From positions 1 to 12,089 of the forward strand of contig JBBQQR010000034.1 of NCBI GenBank assembly GCA_038215615.1: a stretch of 12,089 nucleotides of DNA. Reading direction: 5' to 3'. The DNA is from Vulcanimicrobiales bacterium. Its GTDB lineage: Bacteria; Vulcanimicrobiota; Vulcanimicrobiia; Vulcanimicrobiales; Vulcanimicrobiaceae. Of the stretch, positions 7,130 to 12,089 are shown piece by piece (the first letter of the stretch is position 1; the number at the start of each line of letters is the position of its first letter). Position numbers and translations under genes: made by a program. The notes under the pieces were generated by a model. The model saw only the letters and a list, made by a program, of their open reading frames with translations, was not told where the DNA came from and did no database searches.

Positions 7130-7216
7130 GGAGAGGTGGCAGAGCGGTTGAATGCAGCGGTCTTGAAAACCGCCGAACCTTTACGGGTTCCGAGAGTTCG
7201 AATCTCTCCCTCTCCG
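7130..7216 (+). tRNA. tRNA-Ser (anticodon TGA), CCA not encoded
   Basis: Acceptor stem GGAGAGG/CCTCTCC + G discriminator, D-arm TGGCAGAGCGGTTGAATGC, anticodon arm GCGGT-CTTGAAA-ACCGC, long variable arm GAACC-TTTACG-GGTTC, T-arm GAGAG-TTCGAAT-CTCTC. Confidence 0.97.
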
Positions 7217-7241
7217 AATTTTACGCGCACGCTTCTTCGAA

Positions 7242-7946
7242 TTAGATGATCGGGAACGGTTTCCAGCCGTATTCTTGCGCCTGTTGAACTGACGCCACGC
7301 CCGCCGGCACGACGATGAATCCGGGCAGCACGTTTTTTTCGAAATCGGCGAGAACGCCGCCCGGTGTTGCGCCCGGCATCTTTGAGGCGACGACAAAGGC
7401 AACGGCCGTCATGGCATTGTGGCAGACGAAGAAGTGTCCGCCGCGCTTGAGTACGGCTTGCGCGCTCCAATCCTGGTAAATGCCCTTCGGATCGTCCGGC
7501 GCCGCCGAGAGACTCAGGTTCGAGCTCGCCTTATAATAATCGTTGGTCGCGTCGAGGTTGAAAGCTTTCCCGATGCCGTATTTCTTCCAGATCGTATCGT
7601 TGAGCGCCAAAATAATGGAAGGGCCAAGTACGACCGCCAGCGTCGAAAGCTTGCCCGTGCCCATCGAAAACTGGTAGGCGTTCATCGAATTCTGCATATG
7701 GATGTACAGGCTCGCAATTCCAGGTGCAACGACGAGCGGGGATACCGATTGAAAGACTTGTTTGTGCGCGCCTCCGCCCTTGAGAATGCCCATCACGGCC
7801 GCGCGATCGTATTGGGTGGGCTTGAGAATGTGAAAACTGACCGGGGCGCGTTCCTGCGCGTCCGCCGCAGCAGGCTCTAAACCGATTGCGGCGGCCGAGA
7901 TGCCGAGCGCCGTCGCTGAAACGAATTGTTTTCTGGAGAGAGGCAT
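7242..7946 (-). CDS. Tat-exported DsrE/DsrF-like protein
   Basis: AAGGAG RBS; N-terminal SRKQFV + hydrophobic stretch + ADA cleavage-like site; C-terminal RGGHFFVCHNAM and VPAGVASVQQAQEYGW motifs typical of DsrE-like folds; single Cys. Confidence 0.75.
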   Translation of the reverse strand: MPLSRKQFVSATALGISAAAIGLEPAAADAQERAPVSFHILKPTQYDRAAVMGILKGGGAHKQVFQSVSPLVVAPGIASLYIHMQNSMNAYQFSMGTGKLSTLAVVLGPSIILALNDTIWKKYGIGKAFNLDATNDYYKASSNLSLSAAPDDPKGIYQDWSAQAVLKRGGHFFVCHNAMTAVAFVVASKMPGATPGGVLADFEKNVLPGFIVVPAGVASVQQAQEYGWKPFPII

Positions 7947-8033
7947 GCGAAAAGGCTCCTTCCTTTATGATGAGACTAACGGCCACTGGATTTCACCGTG
8001 GTTTAGGAAGCCCCTAGTGTTGAGGCGAAACCA

Positions 8034-9776
8034 GTGCCGGTGAACGCTCGCGGCATCGCCGTGGCCGGCGCAACGCTGGCCGCGCTGATACTCTTGGGAA
8101 TCGAGATCGTCTCTTGGCCGCTTAGCGCGCGCTTCGGTCCCACGACCGAAACGGTCGGACGGTGCGCCGTGCAAATCACCGGTTTGCGGCCCGCCGATGC
8201 GGCAACCGGCTTACGGGAAGGCGACCGCATCGCGCTTGCGCAGATGACCGAGGCGGCCCGGACCGCACTTGTTTATCATTACACGCCGACGCAGACCGGG
8301 AGGGCCGGCAGCGTCATAATGCTGGCGGTACAGCGCGCAAACTCCTCGTTCACGCTTCCGTACAGGCTTGTCCATGCCGATTCGGCGCTTACGCTCGCGG
8401 CGCAACTCGCGTTCAAGTTTTTCGTTTTGGCGGTGGGCGTTTTCGTGCTCTGGCGCGGGCGCGCGCGCGCCGCGACGGTCCTGGGCATCTGGTGCTTGGG
8501 CGTCGCAGTCGGGTTGCCCGACGCGTGGTGGGGCGGCCTCCCGGTCGGCGGGCGGCTCTTGGGCGGCATTCTCACGGCGGCGCTTTGGACCTATTCGCCG
8601 CTGGTACTCTATCTGGTCGTTGAGGCGCTCGCGACCGGTGTTTCGCGACGCGCTATTTTCATCGCGCGGGCGGCGATGCTGATTACCGTTCTTCCCGCTC
8701 TGGTTCTCAACACGATTAACGCTACGCAGCAGGCCTATACCGGCTGTGCCTTGGTCAAGCTGACACCGTGGCTTGTCAACGGAGCATTTTCCGCTGCACA
8801 ACTCGTGATCATCGCGTTTTTCGCGCTCAGTTATGCGCGCACGACAGGCATTGCAAGGCAACGCATCCGCTGGGTGTTCTGGGCGTTCATGATCAGCCGC
8901 TTCGGTGTCTTGCTCAATCTTTTCAACCGTCTGCTCGTGCACCCGGTCCACCTCTCCGGCGCGGAGTGGCTGACGGTGATGATCTTTCCACTCGGCTGCG
9001 CGTACGCAATCTTGCGTCACCGCATCATCGACGTCAACTTCGTTTTGAATCGCACGCTGATTTACACGATCCTGACATCGGTCGCGGTCGCCATCTTCGT
9101 GCTGCTCGAGCATTTTTTGAATGCAATCGCGGTGAGCCGCGAAGGCAGCCTCGCGGTCGAGCTCGCGGTTGCCCTGGCGCTGGGTCTGTCGTTTAATGCG
9201 GTGCACAAACGCACCGAGCAGTTTCTCGACCGCACGCTTTTTCGAAGCAAGTACGACGCCGCCGTAAAACTGCGGCAGCTCGCGGAGGACGCTGCGTACA
9301 TGGAAAACCCCGAAACGCTGCTCGAATGCGCGACACGCGAGATCCCGCGCGCGATGGCGGCACGCGGCGCAGCGATCTATGAGCGCGTCGACGGGAAATA
9401 CGCGCTCGCTGCGGCCGGTGGCTTGAGCGGGCTGCCGGAAGAAGTCGAGGTGGACGATCCCGCGTTCGTGCGCTTGCGCAAGCATCTCTCGCAGATCGAT
9501 CTCTCCGAGGTGAACAGCGCCCTCGGAAACGATGCGATCGCGTTCGCCCTGGCGGTTCGCGGGCAGCTGACGGGAGCGTTCGTCTGCGGGCCGCGCCTCA
9601 ACGGCGAGACGTTCGCTCCCGACGAGATCGCGCTGTTGCGTAACGTCGTCCACGAAGTGGGCGCCGAGCTGCACGCCATTCGCTCGCGCGAGAAGGCCGA
9701 CATACTCAACGCGCTCACCTCGGGAGCCATCGATCTTCCGGCGGCGCGGCTCCGGCTGGCCCGAAAAGAAGAGTAA
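8034..9776 (+). CDS. Receptor-like membrane protein: N-terminal TM, PDZ-like extracellular domain, multi-TM bundle, C-terminal GAF-like domain, no output domain
   Basis: ATGLREGDRI...LAVQR (PDZ-like), about 10 hydrophobic segments by eye, YAILRHRIIDVNFVLNRTLIY, GAF-like AFALAVRGQLTGAFVCGPRLNGETFAPDEIALL; ends without HisKA/GGDEF/PP2C motifs. Start may be GTG 8034 or 8040. Confidence 0.8.
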   Translation: MPVNARGIAVAGATLAALILLGIEIVSWPLSARFGPTTETVGRCAVQITGLRPADAATGLREGDRIALAQMTEAARTALVYHYTPTQTGRAGSVIMLAVQRANSSFTLPYRLVHADSALTLAAQLAFKFFVLAVGVFVLWRGRARAATVLGIWCLGVAVGLPDAWWGGLPVGGRLLGGILTAALWTYSPLVLYLVVEALATGVSRRAIFIARAAMLITVLPALVLNTINATQQAYTGCALVKLTPWLVNGAFSAAQLVIIAFFALSYARTTGIARQRIRWVFWAFMISRFGVLLNLFNRLLVHPVHLSGAEWLTVMIFPLGCAYAILRHRIIDVNFVLNRTLIYTILTSVAVAIFVLLEHFLNAIAVSREGSLAVELAVALALGLSFNAVHKRTEQFLDRTLFRSKYDAAVKLRQLAEDAAYMENPETLLECATREIPRAMAARGAAIYERVDGKYALAAAGGLSGLPEEVEVDDPAFVRLRKHLSQIDLSEVNSALGNDAIAFALAVRGQLTGAFVCGPRLNGETFAPDEIALLRNVVHEVGAELHAIRSREKADILNALTSGAIDLPAARLRLARKEE

Positions 9777-9799
9777 CCCCGCCTGCCGAACGCCTGCTT

Positions 9800-11026
9800 A
9801 TGATAAACATCGGCAACACCGCATTCATGCTGATCTGCGCGAGCCTGGTCATGCTGATGACACCGGGCCTGGCCTTCTTTTACGGCGGCCTCGTCGGGCG
9901 CAAAAACGTGCTCACGATCATGATCCAAAGCTTCATGTCGCTGGGGTGGACGACGGTGCTCTGGGTCGTCTTCGGCTACTCGATGTCCTTCGGACCCGAC
10001 TGGCACGGGCTGATCGGAAATCCGATGACGTACTTCATGCTCAAGGGCGTGACGTTGCACACGATGTTCCTGGGCAACGACGCCGGCATTCCGCTGGTCG
10101 TCCACATCGCCTATCAGATGATGTTTGCGATTATCACGCCCGCTTTAATCACGGGCGCGTTTGCGAACCGCGTCACGTTCAAGGCGTATTTCATCTTCTT
10201 GACGGGCTGGCTGATCTTCGTGTATTTCCCGTTCGTCCATATGCTGTGGAGTCCAGACGGCATGCTCGCGAAATGGGGAGCGGAAGACTTTGCCGGTGGT
10301 ATCGTCGTTCACGCGTCGGCGGGATTCGCCGCGCTGGCCTCTGTCCTGTTTATCGGACGGCGTTATGTCATCGAAAATAAACCGCATAACATCCCACTAA
10401 TCGCCCTGGGTACCGGGCTGCTGTGGTTCGGATGGTACGGGTTTAACGCGGGCTCCGAATTGCGCGTCGATGCGGTGACCGCGTCGGCATTCCTGAATAC
10501 CGATATCGCCGCCTCGTTCGCGGCGATCACGTGGCTGCTGGTCGAATGGGCCCGCGGCCGCCAGCCGAAGTTCGTCGGCCTGTTGACCGGTGCGGTTGCG
10601 GGATTAGCGACCATCACGCCTGCCGCCGGCTATGTGTCGCCGGTGACGGCGGTCATTATCGGCATTGCAGCCGGCTTTGTGTGCTACTTAGCCGTTACGC
10701 TCAAGAACAAGTTGCAATGGGACGATGCGCTCGATGTATGGGGCGTGCACGGCGTCGGCGGTTTCCTGGGAATTACGATGCTTGGGATTTTCGGTTCGCG
10801 TTTGTGGAACCCGGCGGGCGCAGACGGTTTGATGTACGGCGGAGGCAGATTCTTCTTGGTGCAGCTTGCGTCGGCGATCGTTTGCAGCGCGTGGGCGTTC
10901 GTCTTTACGTACGGGTTCCTATGGCTGATCAGCAAAGTAACCGTCACGAAAGTCGACCGCGACGCTGAAGAAGCCGGGCTCGACATGACCCTACATGGCG
11001 AGGAAGCGTATCCGGTCGGTCTCTAG
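9800..11026 (+). CDS. amtB: Ammonium transporter (Amt/Mep family)
   Basis: LMTPGLAFFYGGLV, QMMFAIITPALITGA, DFAGGIVVH, WFGWYGFNAGS, GLATITPAAG, DDALDVWGVHG, GLDMTLHGEEAY; both pore histidines present. Confidence 0.97.
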   Translation: MINIGNTAFMLICASLVMLMTPGLAFFYGGLVGRKNVLTIMIQSFMSLGWTTVLWVVFGYSMSFGPDWHGLIGNPMTYFMLKGVTLHTMFLGNDAGIPLVVHIAYQMMFAIITPALITGAFANRVTFKAYFIFLTGWLIFVYFPFVHMLWSPDGMLAKWGAEDFAGGIVVHASAGFAALASVLFIGRRYVIENKPHNIPLIALGTGLLWFGWYGFNAGSELRVDAVTASAFLNTDIAASFAAITWLLVEWARGRQPKFVGLLTGAVAGLATITPAAGYVSPVTAVIIGIAAGFVCYLAVTLKNKLQWDDALDVWGVHGVGGFLGITMLGIFGSRLWNPAGADGLMYGGGRFFLVQLASAIVCSAWAFVFTYGFLWLISKVTVTKVDRDAEEAGLDMTLHGEEAYPVGL

Positions 11027-11044
11027 CTTCGCGGCCGGAGCGGA

Positions 11045-12089
11045 ATGAATAGACTCATCGCGGCCGCTTTCATCGGCGCGGTCGTTTCGTTTTAAATAGT
11101 AGTCATTGCGATCGGCGATGCTCACGTTGGGGCGCTACCACCGCCCGGCAGATTTCGCCCGGTGAGTTCGACGCAAACGCTGGTCGTCTCGGTTACGCCG
11201 GCGGGAAGCGCTCTCGGACTGCGACCCGGCGACGTGATCGATCGAACGCGCCTCGATCTTGCCAGCCGCCAGCTGACGTTTGCCCTTCCCCGTTCTTTCA
11301 CCGGGATTGCCGGTACGCGCTACAGTTTCGATGTTTTGCGCGGGCCGGGCACGGCGAGGATTTCCTTTGAGCTGGCCGCGACAGCCAACCGGACCTTGCG
11401 TGACCTCGTCGATATTGCCTTACGCATCATCATGATGCTGACCGGCTTACTGTTGATTGCGCGTGGACGCGATCGCCTATCGCTTTATGCCGGCCTATGG
11501 TTCGCCGCCTTTGCAATCTCACAGGGTTACAGCCATACGTACGCAGCCGTTGGCCCGGTCGGCGTCGTCATCATGACGTCTTTCGCCACCGTCGCATCAC
11601 TGGCATCGCATGGTTTCAGAGTTCTGTTTGCGTACGAGCTGCTGCCCCGGACGGCGTCGCGACTAGTACGATCCAGTCTTGTCGGTACTCTGGCGGTCTT
11701 GCTGGCGTTTCTTGCGTTAACGGCTGTCTATGGTGCCGTAACGCGTTCCGCTCCGTGGCAGCTCACGACTCTGGCAATCGCGCCAATTGGGCAAGCCACG
11801 CAGCTTGCGCTCCAGCTGCTGACGCTTGTGATTGCCGGCGCCGCCGCTTTTACAGCTGCTCCTGAACGAGCCAAAAGCTTGCGGATCATTTTTTGGTCGC
11901 TACTTCTTGGGATGTCCGGCGCCGCCATAAATGCGATATCGATCATAGCCGGTGGAGACGCACCGCTTAACGGCGCCTTGAACTTGGGGTATTTGATTCC
12001 AGCCTTCGCGATACCGTACGTCCTCTTCACCCGGCGGCTCGCAGCGGTCGATTTCTATGTCAGTAAGGCGGCGATCTATGCGATCGTCC
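11045..12089 (+). pseudogene. Third PDZ-like/multi-TM receptor paralog (runs off window) with in-frame TAA at codon 17
   Basis: GGAG (11037-11040), ATG 11045: MNRLIAAAFIGAVVSF*IVVIAIG...SALGLRPGDVIDRTRL...LLLIARGRDR...AKSLRIIFWSLLLG...PYVLFTRRLAAVDFYVSKAAIYAIV; frame otherwise open to window end. Missing from the ORF track. Confidence 0.8.

Noticed and set aside
7130..7216. tRNA-Sec or suppressor tRNA because of the TGA triplet
   Set aside because: TGA is the anticodon itself (reads UCA Ser); 7-bp acceptor stem and standard serine architecture.
7048..7470. Short ORFs 7048..7245, 7120..7470, 7181..7402
   Set aside because: They overlap the tRNA-Ser and/or the DsrE-like gene; no coding features.
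8211..9674. 487-aa antisense ORF
   Set aside because: Lies wholly opposite the receptor gene, Arg/Gln/Asp-rich with no motifs; typical shadow frame of high-GC coding DNA.
9377..12030. Other alternative-frame and antisense ORFs over amt and the flanking receptor genes
   Set aside because: All overlap better-supported genes and have no recognisable motifs or RBS.

Overview
Bacterial, GC-rich window that appears to span a boundary between a decaying integrative island (about 1-7129) and core-like genome (about 7130-12089). Island side: the end of a probable IS element (hairpin-masked RBS, transposase-like start running off the left edge) that appears to have decapitated a multi-TM/GAF membrane protein gene; a convergent 1012-aa SARP/BTAD-STAND ATPase-TPR transcriptional activator; a divergent spacer with a candidate SARP-type promoter, MITE-like inverted repeats and two tiny RBS-bearing signal-peptide-like ORFs; a lipoprotein with an Ig-like domain and a 7-repeat beta-propeller plus terminator; and the C-terminal stub of a tyrosine integrase with arm-type repeats and an IHF-consensus site abutting the 5' end of tRNA-Ser(TGA). 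Core side: a Tat-exported DsrE-like protein, then a tightly packed run of PDZ-like/multi-TM/GAF receptor-like gene, ammonium transporter, and a third receptor paralog with an early in-frame TAA. Best candidate for an undescribed system: a paralogous family of receptor-like proteins with no recognisable output domain (3 copies in 12 kb), one paired with a STAND activator and a variable-loop propeller lipoprotein. Gene content is reminiscent of Eremiobacterota (Vulcanimicrobiota), but that is inference only.
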